From contig JBMSMQ010000003.1 of NCBI GenBank assembly GCA_049421205.1, forward strand, positions 1 through 62,153: DNA of 62,153 bases, read 5' to 3'. Below are positions 53,794-62,153 of the stretch, one piece after another (positions within the stretch are counted from its first letter, which is position 1; every line of letters starts with the position of its first letter). The stretch is from Candidatus Nanopelagicales bacterium (GTDB taxonomy: Bacteria; Actinomycetota; Actinomycetes; S36-B12; UBA5976). The notes beneath the pieces are model-generated. The model had not been told where the DNA came from. It worked only from the letters and a program-made list of their open reading frames with translations, and did no database searches. The translations under genes were made by a program, and so were the position numbers.

Positions 53794-54468
53794 TTAGGCA
53801 CGTTTTTTCAGTATGAAAAAGGCAGTCGTTGCAAGTGCAAGTGCTACACCAGCAAGTACCACAGTGTTATCGAACAAACTCGCTGCATCCTCGTCTGCGG
53901 GTTCGGAAATCAGTACTGGTTCATCCGTATAAATTTCGACTTCTTCTCCACATCCGGAAGATGGCAGACCGTTGATTGCACAAATTAACCCAGAATCTTC
54001 ACGTAACTCAGCAATTTCTGGAAGTAAAACGCTACTTGGTGAACCAGATGCAACCACTACACATTCAGTAACAGTCTCTGGAATTGTATTATTTTCTAAA
54101 TAATCACTTGGATCTCCAAAGTCAATGACAACCGCGACCCTGGCAGAGTTAGCATCAGGTTGCACCCCTTCACAGATATCTTCAAAGTTTGGAGTGATAC
54201 GTGGTGCGAGTTCCTGGCCAACTTCAATACCAGCGGTGATGTATCGCCATCCTTGGACGGAACCATCAAGAGCTTCAATGTCTGCCGCACCTGTCATAGC
54301 TTGTTGCCATGAACCGTCTTCTAAAGTCCAATAGCTCCAATACCGCCAAGCCGTTTCTCCATGTGCAGTGGTTGGAGCGAGCGCAATCAAAAGCGTGGCA
54401 ATGAATGCCAAAAAGGATGTGAGGTGTCTGCGAGAACTTTGAGAGTGTCTCGCGTTTGAGAGTGCCAT
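53794..54468 (-). CDS. Secreted, C-terminally anchored protein (SCO2322-like), first gene of the B12 operon
   Basis: Signal peptide ending AHG, RYWSYW, GWRY, VAVVIDFG, LICAINGLP...GC, C-terminal TM then KKRA. Confidence 0.8.
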   Translation of the reverse strand: MALSNARHSQSSRRHLTSFLAFIATLLIALAPTTAHGETAWRYWSYWTLEDGSWQQAMTGAADIEALDGSVQGWRYITAGIEVGQELAPRITPNFEDICEGVQPDANSARVAVVIDFGDPSDYLENNTIPETVTECVVVASGSPSSVLLPEIAELREDSGLICAINGLPSSGCGEEVEIYTDEPVLISEPADEDAASLFDNTVVLAGVALALATTAFFILKKRA

Positions 54469-54506
54469 AATGACCTTTCTACTAACGCGAGCCGACGTAG
54501 AAGGAC

Positions 54507-54540
54507 AAAACCCTCGTTACCTTATGTAGGTTGACGAGGG
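54507..54540 (-). terminator. Terminator-like hairpin in the riboswitch expression platform
   Basis: Minus strand CCCTCGT..ACCT-ACATA-AGGT.ACGAGGG-TTTT. Confidence 0.55.
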
Positions 54541-54581
54541 CGACATTGCCACCAACGTAGACCACGACGCACGGTGTGTTG

Positions 54582-54676
54582 TGCTCTCCGCTAGGTGCTC
54601 CGGCTTGTTGAAATCAACCTACGGTTGCGGGTCAGCGTCGGAATTTGACCGAACTTTCCCTAGACGTCGGAGAGCA
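54582..54676 (-). ncRNA. Cobalamin riboswitch
   Basis: Minus strand: outer stem TGCTCTCCG/CGGAGAGCA, AGGGAAAGTTCGGTCAAATTCCGAC, GCTGACCCGCAACCGT, B12 box AGCCGGAGCACCT; extended -10 TGtTATGCT near 54696-54704. Confidence 0.93.
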
Positions 54677-54740
54677 ATATGAAATTGTTGGACTAGCATA
54701 ACAAGCAGATCGCGAATTTCACCGAACTCGCCGAATAAAC

Positions 54741-55286
54741 CTATTGCAAGGATTTAGGGAGAACAATTTCCTTGGGTCTGCCACCCACCTTGACGCGTGG
54801 TTTTGGCAGTCGAAGTGATCGCATAGTGATGCTTCTGGTGATGCCATAGAAGACGGCACCTTTACGTTCTGCCTTGGAGTATTTCTTGCCAAGTTCTCGA
54901 CGGATGAAGAACCCAAGAATCGTGGCATCGATGATGAGGCCAATGAACATAATTGTCCAAACGTTCATTACAAGTAGCTGTAGCTGGACATTTGGAAAAA
55001 AGAGAAAAAAGATGATGACCATCGCAAATGGGATGAAGAGCTCTCCGATGCTGATGCGCTTATCCACAAAATCTCGCACCCAGGCTTTGATGGCACCTTT
55101 ATCGCGAGGTGGGAGGTATTTCTCGTCGTGCGTGTACATCGCTTTACGAAGTTGCAATCGAGATTCCATCTCGCGCTCGCGCATTGCCGCTTTAGCAGCC
55201 TTTTTATCTGTGGGAATCTTTACAGACTTTTTGCGGGCCGCTTGGGCATCTTTTCGCTTTGGGGTCGGGTGATTTTTTTCGTTCAC
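54741..55286 (-). CDS. DUF3043 membrane protein
   Basis: PTPKRKDA, YLPPRDKG, RDFVD, two TM segments, RLPKP. Confidence 0.92.
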   Translation of the reverse strand: MNEKNHPTPKRKDAQAARKKSVKIPTDKKAAKAAMREREMESRLQLRKAMYTHDEKYLPPRDKGAIKAWVRDFVDKRISIGELFIPFAMVIIFFLFFPNVQLQLLVMNVWTIMFIGLIIDATILGFFIRRELGKKYSKAERKGAVFYGITRSITMRSLRLPKPRVKVGGRPKEIVLPKSLQ

Positions 55287-55306
55287 ATAAAAAGACTACT
55301 TGCACA

Positions 55307-56494
55307 TTAATCAACGTGCACAGTTGCGGGTAGAGAAAGCATTCTTTCTAGGGCCACTCTTGCCCAATGAGCAGTGTCGCTCTCGACCTTAATAACATTA
55401 TGGACCTGCCCTGTCGCTAGATTTTCAAGAGTCCATACGAGATGTGGTAGGTCAATTCGGTTCATAGTTGAGCAATAGCAAATTGTCTTGTCGAGAAACA
55501 TGATGTGTTTGTCATCGTGTTGAAGCGCAAGTCGCCGAACAAGGTTAAGTTCAGTGCCAATTGCCCATCGGCTTCCTGGTTTGGCCTCCGATAGCTTCTG
55601 AATGATGAATTCTGTTGAACCAACATAATCAGCATTCGTAACAACTTCATGTTTACATTCTGGATGTACGAGGACTGAAACATCATCGTATTTCGTTCGA
55701 ACATCAACAATATTCTGTTCTGAAAATCTCCCGTGAACTGAGCAGTGGCCCCGCCACAAAATGACTTTTGCCTGCTCATACGCTTCAGGCGAGTTGCCCC
55801 CATTAGGTTTGTGTGGATCAAACAACACACAATCGGTAAGGGAAAGCCCGAGTTGTAACACTGCAGTATTTCTTCCAAGATGTTGATCTGGAAGAAAGAA
55901 CACTTTCGTTCCCTGATCAAATGCCCATCGCATTGCAGTTTCTGCATTTGATGAGGTGCAAACAGTTCCATTATTGCGACCAGTGAATGCTTTTATCGCT
56001 GCAGTTGAATTCATGTACGTGATAGGTACAGTTTCTGTTGCAATTCCGATGTCCTTGAAGCGAGACCACGCTGCATCAACTTGGGTGATTGATGCCATAT
56101 CAGCCATGGAGCATCCTGCTTGCAAATCCGGAAGTATGACTTGTTGCGTATCACTAGTAAGAATATCGGCGCTTTCCGCCATAAAGTGAACTCCACAGAA
56201 AACAATGTATTTGGCGTCTGGACGTGCGGCGGCACGCTGCGCTAATTTGAAAGAGTCTCCAGTTACGTCTGCAAATTGAATAACTTCATCGCGTTGATAG
56301 TGATGCCCCAAAATAAAAGTTGAATCACCGAGTGCCTTTTTTGCTGCGAGCGCACGTTCAACAAGACTCGGATCGCTTGCATCTGGCAAGTCGCCAGGGC
56401 AACTCACACCTCGTTCACTATAGAGGTCTCGCTCTTTGCCCTCAAGTAGCTCGGCGAGCAGACTCTTTTGGGGTTCAGTGAAAGATGCCGTCAC
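55307..56494 (-). CDS. nadA: Quinolinate synthase
   Basis: LGHHYQ, FCGVHFMAE, AGCSMA, GHCSVH, HPEC, CYCSTM. Confidence 0.97.
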   Translation of the reverse strand: MTASFTEPQKSLLAELLEGKERDLYSERGVSCPGDLPDASDPSLVERALAAKKALGDSTFILGHHYQRDEVIQFADVTGDSFKLAQRAAARPDAKYIVFCGVHFMAESADILTSDTQQVILPDLQAGCSMADMASITQVDAAWSRFKDIGIATETVPITYMNSTAAIKAFTGRNNGTVCTSSNAETAMRWAFDQGTKVFFLPDQHLGRNTAVLQLGLSLTDCVLFDPHKPNGGNSPEAYEQAKVILWRGHCSVHGRFSEQNIVDVRTKYDDVSVLVHPECKHEVVTNADYVGSTEFIIQKLSEAKPGSRWAIGTELNLVRRLALQHDDKHIMFLDKTICYCSTMNRIDLPHLVWTLENLATGQVHNVIKVESDTAHWARVALERMLSLPATVHVD

Positions 56495-56561
56495 AGGCTG
56501 AGTGTCTCACGAATCCCTGACCCTACCAACTCATCACCTTGTTGCATCTATCATTACCACA

Positions 56562-57665
56562 ATGCGAGTTTTAGTTTGCACCGACAGTTTTGGCGACACT
56601 ATGAGTGCAGCCGTTGCATCGGAAATAATCGCCAATCAAGTGAGCCTTGAATTCAACGTTGAGACCGACTTCGTCGGTCTTTCAGATGGTGGTCCTGGAT
56701 TTCTTGAATGTATCTCAACTGTATTACCTGGCACACGTCATGTAATCCCAGTCAGTAGTCATACTGGAGAAGCAATCCCTGCTTCATGGTACGAATCAAA
56801 CGCAATCGCCTACATTGAATCAGCTGAGATTTGCGGGCTTCATCTTGCGAACGAATTGAATCCACTTACCGCTACAACCTATGGTGTTGGTCAGATGGTG
56901 AAACACATTATCGAGGCAGGCATCACACACATTCGTGTTGGTCTTGGGGGAGTTGCAACGAATGATGCAGGTGCTGGAATGCTCGCGGCATTAGGAGCAT
57001 CTTCCGTACCTTCGGGACTACTTCAAAATGGCGGTATCGCACTAGCATCATTAGAGAGCGTTGACATCACGGGTGCACGAGATCTCATGCGGAATGTAAT
57101 TTTGGAAGCAATGAGTGATGTAGATAATCCGCTTTTGGGAAATCGTGGAGCGAGTCGAACGTATGCTGGTCAAAAAGGCGCTACAGAAACACAAGTTGAG
57201 CATTTAGAAACAGCTTTAAGTCACTTTTCAAACCTTATCGGCGTAGATATGCTAGGTAAGAATCCTCGAGTTGCACTTGGTGCAGGTGCCGCTGGGGGAC
57301 TTGGGTACGGACTACTTCTACTTGGGGCGCGGCGCACTTCTGGATTTTCATTCATTGCTGAGATTCAAGACGTTGAAAGAAAAATTGAAGAGGCAGATTT
57401 GCTCATCACGGGGGAAGGCAAGTTTGACTGGAAAACACTCGATGGAAAGGTTGTGTCAGGGCTTTCGAGCCTTGCCTTGAAATATGGAAAACCTCTTGTG
57501 GTGATTGCAGGGCAAGTCGAGATTGGCAGACGGGACTGGCAAACGATAGGCGTGAATGCTGCCTTTGCGATGAGCGACGACGCACCTTTAGAAGTATGTA
57601 AATCGCGCCCTGAAGAGATATTGCGTAAGACTTCGTCAAGAATGGGAAGAACCTGGCTCCGTTAA
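56562..57665 (+). CDS. Glycerate kinase (GlxK family)
   Basis: DSF, SDGGPG, GLGGVATNDAGAG, GAAGGLG, ITGEG; start ATG 56562. Confidence 0.92.
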   Translation: MRVLVCTDSFGDTMSAAVASEIIANQVSLEFNVETDFVGLSDGGPGFLECISTVLPGTRHVIPVSSHTGEAIPASWYESNAIAYIESAEICGLHLANELNPLTATTYGVGQMVKHIIEAGITHIRVGLGGVATNDAGAGMLAALGASSVPSGLLQNGGIALASLESVDITGARDLMRNVILEAMSDVDNPLLGNRGASRTYAGQKGATETQVEHLETALSHFSNLIGVDMLGKNPRVALGAGAAGGLGYGLLLLGARRTSGFSFIAEIQDVERKIEEADLLITGEGKFDWKTLDGKVVSGLSSLALKYGKPLVVIAGQVEIGRRDWQTIGVNAAFAMSDDAPLEVCKSRPEEILRKTSSRMGRTWLR

Positions 57666-57666
57666 G

Positions 57667-57692
57667 AGAATAATTGATGCAGAAGTTTCGTT
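57667..57692 (+). promoter_or_regulatory. SigR/SigH-type thiol-stress promoter of the A-type Fe-S carrier gene
   Basis: AGAAT-N18-GTT, one mismatch to GGAAT-N18-GTT. Confidence 0.6.
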
Positions 57693-57725
57693 ATAAGTTT
57701 ATGATTGGCGTCTGAAAGGATCACA

Positions 57726-58073
57726 ATGGAATCAACAGATACAACGACCCAGGGCCTCGTCCTTACGGACTCAGCAGCAGTCAAAGTAAAGTCACTCCTC
57801 GATGCTGAAGGGCAACCAGAATTAGCGTTACGGGTTGCAGTTCGGCCTGGAGGATGTGCTGGATTTCAGTATGATTTATTTTTCGATGCTTCACAGCTCG
57901 AAGGTGATGTCGTGAAGTCCTTTGGTGGAGTAAACGTTGTCATCGACAAAGCAAGCATTGAATACGTCAATGGTGCAGTCATTGATTATGTCGATTCACT
58001 CAGTGAATCAGGATTCAAGATTGAGAATCCGAATGCAACCGGAGGTTGTGGTTGCGGAAAGTCATTCTGCTAA
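57726..58073 (+). CDS. erpA: A-type Fe-S carrier (HesB/IscA/ErpA)
   Basis: GGCAGFQY and NPNATGGCGCGKSF; SD GAAAGGA. Confidence 0.92.
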   Translation: MESTDTTTQGLVLTDSAAVKVKSLLDAEGQPELALRVAVRPGGCAGFQYDLFFDASQLEGDVVKSFGGVNVVIDKASIEYVNGAVIDYVDSLSESGFKIENPNATGGCGCGKSFC

Positions 58074-59102
58074 GAACTTTCGCTCATCTTGAACTCTTGA
58101 AAGCACCACTTTTGTAGCGGAGAGAAAACGATCAATGTCGTTTGCGTTGGCATTTATTGGAAGCGAAACTCTGATATGTCCTGCAGTGTCAATGCCAAGT
58201 GCTTTTAACACTTCGCTCGGTTGACCTGAATTTGCCAAACATGCACTTTGTGAACCCACTGAAATCCCTTGCTCGTCAAACAGTCTGGCAGCAAATTCTG
58301 AATCGCATTGCGAGATTGAGAAAGAGAGCAAATGACTGGCACGTTGGGATGGATCATGCGGGGTATGAATCTTTATGTCACTGAAAGTTGACAATCCCAG
58401 AATAAGTGAATCGAGAATCTGTTGATTTGCTGTAAAGCGTTCACTTATATGTTCTGAATTCACTTCCCAACTCACCACTGCAAAACCGAAGAGCAACGGG
58501 TCCAGTTGCAGAGGTGGAAATTCGCGCGAATCAAGTTTAAGTACATTTTCAGGATCGATGATGAAACACGCATTTGCAGGACCAGCCCAAGCACTAGCAC
58601 GTGCGATGGAAAGCGTTTGCGCTTTGAAAATTTCCCTCCCGATGAGATCAGAACAATCCGCAATTTCCAGGTCAACGTATTTGCTGATATTCGAGACATC
58701 CGCGCGAAGCCCAATTTCGTGATTCACTGCTTGGTAGCCAAAGACAGTAACTTCAGTATCGAACTGGTGTAGTCCATCAGGCGAGACATCGATAATTTGT
58801 CCCGCAAACATTTCTCGCATTCCTTTTCGAGACAGTGAACTCGTAGCAATTGGACCTAATTTTTCGCGAATAATTCGATAGCAGTTTCCGAGGTGCTGCA
58901 CGGGAAATACGTAGTCGCTCTGCCATGCATCTTTGAGAACTTGAAGCCCAACCTCTTTACTATGTTGAAGCCTCTGTGCTTCAAAATGCTGGCTTTGGGC
59001 CACGCTGAACCCTGCATAGAAGAGATTGTGTGCAACTTGGTCATACACCTCAGGAAAAGGATGACCATCGGTACAGTCCCAATAGAGCCGCTGACTCGTC
59101 AT
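58062..59102 (-). CDS. Degenerate cysteine desulfurase / class-V aminotransferase homologue
   Basis: NHEIG, WAGP, GISVGSQSAC, SEVLKALG, IRVSL; PLP-binding His and Lys not found. Confidence 0.8.
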   Translation of the reverse strand: MTSQRLYWDCTDGHPFPEVYDQVAHNLFYAGFSVAQSQHFEAQRLQHSKEVGLQVLKDAWQSDYVFPVQHLGNCYRIIREKLGPIATSSLSRKGMREMFAGQIIDVSPDGLHQFDTEVTVFGYQAVNHEIGLRADVSNISKYVDLEIADCSDLIGREIFKAQTLSIARASAWAGPANACFIIDPENVLKLDSREFPPLQLDPLLFGFAVVSWEVNSEHISERFTANQQILDSLILGLSTFSDIKIHTPHDPSQRASHLLSFSISQCDSEFAARLFDEQGISVGSQSACLANSGQPSEVLKALGIDTAGHIRVSLPINANANDIDRFLSATKVVLSRVQDERKFLAE

Positions 59103-59206
59103 GGCTTGAGAGTAGTGGGAGTTATGTCACAGTGTCCGCTCGTGACTGACCCCACGAATTTGGGCGTGCAGGAGTAATCTACGCCTATAGCTCGCGAAGG
59201 GACGAT

Positions 59207-59983
59207 ATGAAGCGTACAGCTTTGGCGATTATGGCCTTAATCTTCACAGCCGGCTGCAGCGTAGACGGATTTTTGAGAATGGGAATGCCCCAGCCTGCGA
59301 CCGAAGAAGGCTCGATTGTTGTCAATTTGTGGACCAATTCTTGGCTAGCAGCTTGGGTCATTGGTGGTCTTGTTTGGGGTCTATTGATCTTCTCCATCAT
59401 TCGGTATCGCCGTAAACCAACTGACACGCTTCCTGAACAAACGAAGTACAACTTGCCAATTGAAATTCTTTACACTGTTGCACCACTCATCATTGTCGTG
59501 GTGCTTTCTGTTTTCACGTTCCGCGATCAAACGGAACTGACAGCATTGACCGACAAACCTACACAAACTGTTGGAGTCGTTGGCTTTCGTTGGTCGTGGA
59601 TATTTAACTATCTCGATGAAAATGTGTACGACATTGGAACTCCGGGGTCACGACCTGTGCTCTACTTGCCAGTCGACGAAACTGTGCGTTTTGAACTGAC
59701 CTCGCCCGATGTCATCCATTCGTTTTGGGTTCCAGCCTTTTTACACAAGATGGATGTCATTCCTGGTCGCGTTAATAAGTTTGAAGTAACACCAAACACT
59801 CTCGGTACATTCGCAGGGAAGTGTGCAGAGCTCTGCGGTGTAGATCATGCTCGAATGCTTTTTGATGTGAAGGTAGTAACACGAGCTGAATTTGATGCAT
59901 ATATGCAAAAACTTGAGGATGCGGGTCAAACCGGCATCCTTGAATCTGGTCGAGTTTCAGATGCGGCAGGAGAAACGTCATGA
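59207..59983 (+). CDS. ctaC: Cytochrome aa3 oxidase subunit II
   Basis: Lipobox [13 protein letters not shown], CuA motif [12 protein letters not shown]. Confidence 0.97.
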   Translation: MKRTALAIMALIFTAGCSVDGFLRMGMPQPATEEGSIVVNLWTNSWLAAWVIGGLVWGLLIFSIIRYRRKPTDTLPEQTKYNLPIEILYTVAPLIIVVVLSVFTFRDQTELTALTDKPTQTVGVVGFRWSWIFNYLDENVYDIGTPGSRPVLYLPVDETVRFELTSPDVIHSFWVPAFLHKMDVIPGRVNKFEVTPNTLGTFAGKCAELCGVDHARMLFDVKVVTRAEFDAYMQKLEDAGQTGILESGRVSDAAGETS

Positions 59984-61641
59984 CATTGTTATCAGAACGT
60001 CCAGCGGATCAGATCCCACAACCTAGACCTGAGCGACAAGAACGCCTCGGCAGAACTATCGTCAAATGGATCACATCGACAGATCACAAGACTATCGGGT
60101 ATATGTACTTGATTACATCGATGGTGTTTTTCTCTCTCGCGGGTGTTATGGCCTTGGCAATCAGAGCCGAACTTGCACGACCTGGATTACAGTTTTTGAG
60201 TAACGAGCAGTACAACCAACTCTTCACGATGCACGGAACCATTATGTTGCTCCTGTTCGCTACACCACTCTTTGTTGGTTTTGCTAACGTCATTATGCCT
60301 TTACAAATTGGTGCACCAGACGTTGCGTTTCCGCGATTGAACATGTTGGGCTACTGGCTCTTTCTTTTCGGTGGCACGATGGTGGTTTCTGGATTTCTCA
60401 CCCCAGGAGGAGCTGCAAGTTTCGGATGGTTTGCCTACGCGCCACTATCAAATGCTGTGAATTCTCCTGGAACTGGTAGCGATCTTTGGTTACTTGGACT
60501 TGCACTTGGTGGTCTTGGAACCATTCTCGGTGCAGTGAATTTCATTACAACAATTTTCACTATGCGAGCTCCGGGTATGACAATGTTCCGTATGAGTATC
60601 TTCACGTGGAATACACTGCTAACCAGTGTTTTGGTGATTATGGCTTTTCCTGTCCTGGCCGCAGCACTAATCGTTCTTGAAGTCGATCGAAAATTTGGAT
60701 CAGTTGTATTTGACGCAGCGAATGGCGGCGCGATTTTGTGGCAACACTTGTTCTGGTTTTTTGGTCATCCAGAGGTTTACATTCTGGCTCTTCCATTCTT
60801 TGGAATCGCTTCTGAAATCCTGCCAGTCTTTTCACGTAAACCAATATTTGGTTACAAAGGATTGGTATTTGCGACCATAGCAATTGCGGGTCTATCGATG
60901 GCTGTATGGGCACACCATATGTATGTCACGGGTGCTGTGAGCCTTCCATTCTTTGCCGCGATGACGATGCTCATCGCTGTTCCCACAGGAGTCAAATTCT
61001 TCAACTGGATTGGCACGATGTGGGGCGGTTCATTGACCTTCGAAACTCCAATGCTTTGGACTATTGGATTTTTGGCGACATTTCTTTTCGGTGGGCTCAC
61101 TGGAGTTTTGCTTGCAATGCCACCACTAGATTTTCACGTGAGTGATTCATACTTTGTTGTTGCCCATTTCCACTACGTGGTCTTCGGAACGGTTGTCTTT
61201 GCGATGTTTGCAGGTTTCTACTTCTGGTGGCCAAAATGGACTGGCAGAATGCTTGATGAACGCCTAGGCAAATTACATTTCTGGCTTGTCTTCGCCGGTT
61301 TCCACACAACCTTCCTTGTGCAGCATTGGCTTGGAGTAATGGGTATGCCAAGACGTTACGTTGACTATCTTGCAAGTGATGGGTTTACCGAACTTAACAT
61401 GATTTCGACGATTGGTTCATTCGTGCTTGGTGCGTCGACACTCGTGTTCTTCTACAACGTCTACAAAACGTATCGATTTGCCCCGAAGGTGACATCTGAT
61501 GATCCCTGGGGATGGGGAGCTTCGCTCGAATGGGCAACCACGTGTCCACCTCCACGACATAATTTCCACTCGTTACCTCGAATTCGATCTGAGCGACCTG
61601 CTTTCGACCTGCATCACCCTGAGGTGAAAAATGAAAGTTGA
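59980..61641 (+). CDS. ctaD: Cytochrome aa3 oxidase subunit I
   Basis: [36 protein letters not shown]. Confidence 0.98.
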   Translation: MTLLSERPADQIPQPRPERQERLGRTIVKWITSTDHKTIGYMYLITSMVFFSLAGVMALAIRAELARPGLQFLSNEQYNQLFTMHGTIMLLLFATPLFVGFANVIMPLQIGAPDVAFPRLNMLGYWLFLFGGTMVVSGFLTPGGAASFGWFAYAPLSNAVNSPGTGSDLWLLGLALGGLGTILGAVNFITTIFTMRAPGMTMFRMSIFTWNTLLTSVLVIMAFPVLAAALIVLEVDRKFGSVVFDAANGGAILWQHLFWFFGHPEVYILALPFFGIASEILPVFSRKPIFGYKGLVFATIAIAGLSMAVWAHHMYVTGAVSLPFFAAMTMLIAVPTGVKFFNWIGTMWGGSLTFETPMLWTIGFLATFLFGGLTGVLLAMPPLDFHVSDSYFVVAHFHYVVFGTVVFAMFAGFYFWWPKWTGRMLDERLGKLHFWLVFAGFHTTFLVQHWLGVMGMPRRYVDYLASDGFTELNMISTIGSFVLGASTLVFFYNVYKTYRFAPKVTSDDPWGWGASLEWATTCPPPRHNFHSLPRIRSERPAFDLHHPEVKNES

Positions 61642-62026
61642 GGGCGGTCTTTTTACAGGTGGTGCACTTTTCTATTTCATCATTACTGGTATCTACTCAT
61701 ATGTCGCAGGCGATGTCATTGGAACCACAGCGTTACTGCTTACAGGTGGACTTTCCATCATTATTGGTTCCTACTTGCTCTTCACAGGAAAGCGGGTTGG
61801 AGTTCGTCCAGAGGATCGACTTGATGCGGAAATATCAGAAGCGGACGCAGAATATGGATTCTTTAGTCCACATTCCTGGTGGCCACTTCCAGTCGCAGCA
61901 GGAGCTGCTATCACTTTTACCGGATTGGCTTTCGCTACCTGGATTATCGTGATTGGTCTTACAATCTTGATGGTTTCGGTCTTTGGATGGTTATTCGAAT
62001 ATCACCGAGGCGACTTTACTGAATAG
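61631..62026 (+). CDS. ctaF: Cytochrome oxidase subunit IV (actinobacterial)
   Basis: MKVE start, [20 protein letters not shown]. Confidence 0.93.
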   Translation: MKVEGGLFTGGALFYFIITGIYSYVAGDVIGTTALLLTGGLSIIIGSYLLFTGKRVGVRPEDRLDAEISEADAEYGFFSPHSWWPLPVAAGAAITFTGLAFATWIIVIGLTILMVSVFGWLFEYHRGDFTE

Positions 62027-62151
62027 TCTGAAACTGAAAGTTTCAGGATAATCAGTCCAGAGAAAAATAATAAAAGCGCTAGTCCATTGGTGTAACTAAA
62101 CCCAGCGAAACTTACAACTCGATTGGGAAATCCAAAAAGTCCGGATCCTGC
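62002..62151 (-). CDS. Probable 3' end of a membrane protein entering from the right edge
   Basis: Open frame [49 protein letters not shown]-stop; hydrophobic; 25-bp convergent overlap with ctaF. Confidence 0.4.
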   Translation of the reverse strand, partial: AGSGLFGFPNRVVSFAGFSYTNGLALLLFFSGLIILKLSVSDYSVKSPR

Positions 62152-62153
62152 AA

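Noticed and set aside
54608-54619. GTTGA-AA-TCAAC as a second RosR box
   Set aside because: The spacer is 2 bp instead of 4 and it forms a riboswitch hairpin.

Overview
Gene-dense chromosomal segment from a low-GC (roughly 45% by eye), streamlined member of the Actinomycetota, plausibly a planktonic freshwater lineage (inference). The backbone follows the conserved actinobacterial block equivalent to M. tuberculosis Rv2241-Rv2199c: aceE (partial), DUF3052, ahpE, tRNA-Val, Nif3, zinc-ribbon protein, RNase HI, rnpB, ppgK, map, panB, nadE, glnA2, glnE, glnA, DUF4191, lipA, lipB, TIGR01777, sucB/dlaT, lpdA, pepA, gcvT, DUF3043, nadA, glycerate kinase, iscA/erpA, ctaC, ctaD, ctaF. Accessory genes include a ~13 kb block after rnpB (SMR, hydrolase, DinB, LLM monooxygenase, folE, M3 and DUF885 peptidases, MFS, TerC, gabD, tgt, Q-precursor transporter, MarR), a histone H1-like gene, lemA-htpX, MMPL, a GGDEF-EAL sensor and a cobalamin-riboswitch ECF operon. 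I saw no mobile elements, CRISPR arrays or defence genes. Best leads: (1) an unannotated structured RNA just upstream of rnpB; (2) a perfect 30-bp RosR-type operator between dinB and the LLM gene, with a RosR-like MarR nearby; (3) a B12 uptake operon in the usual cobST slot, led by a protein resembling a circularly permuted transcobalamin/DUF4430 domain; (4) a cysteine desulfurase homologue lacking its PLP-binding residues. All calls come from reading the sequence; no database searches were run.
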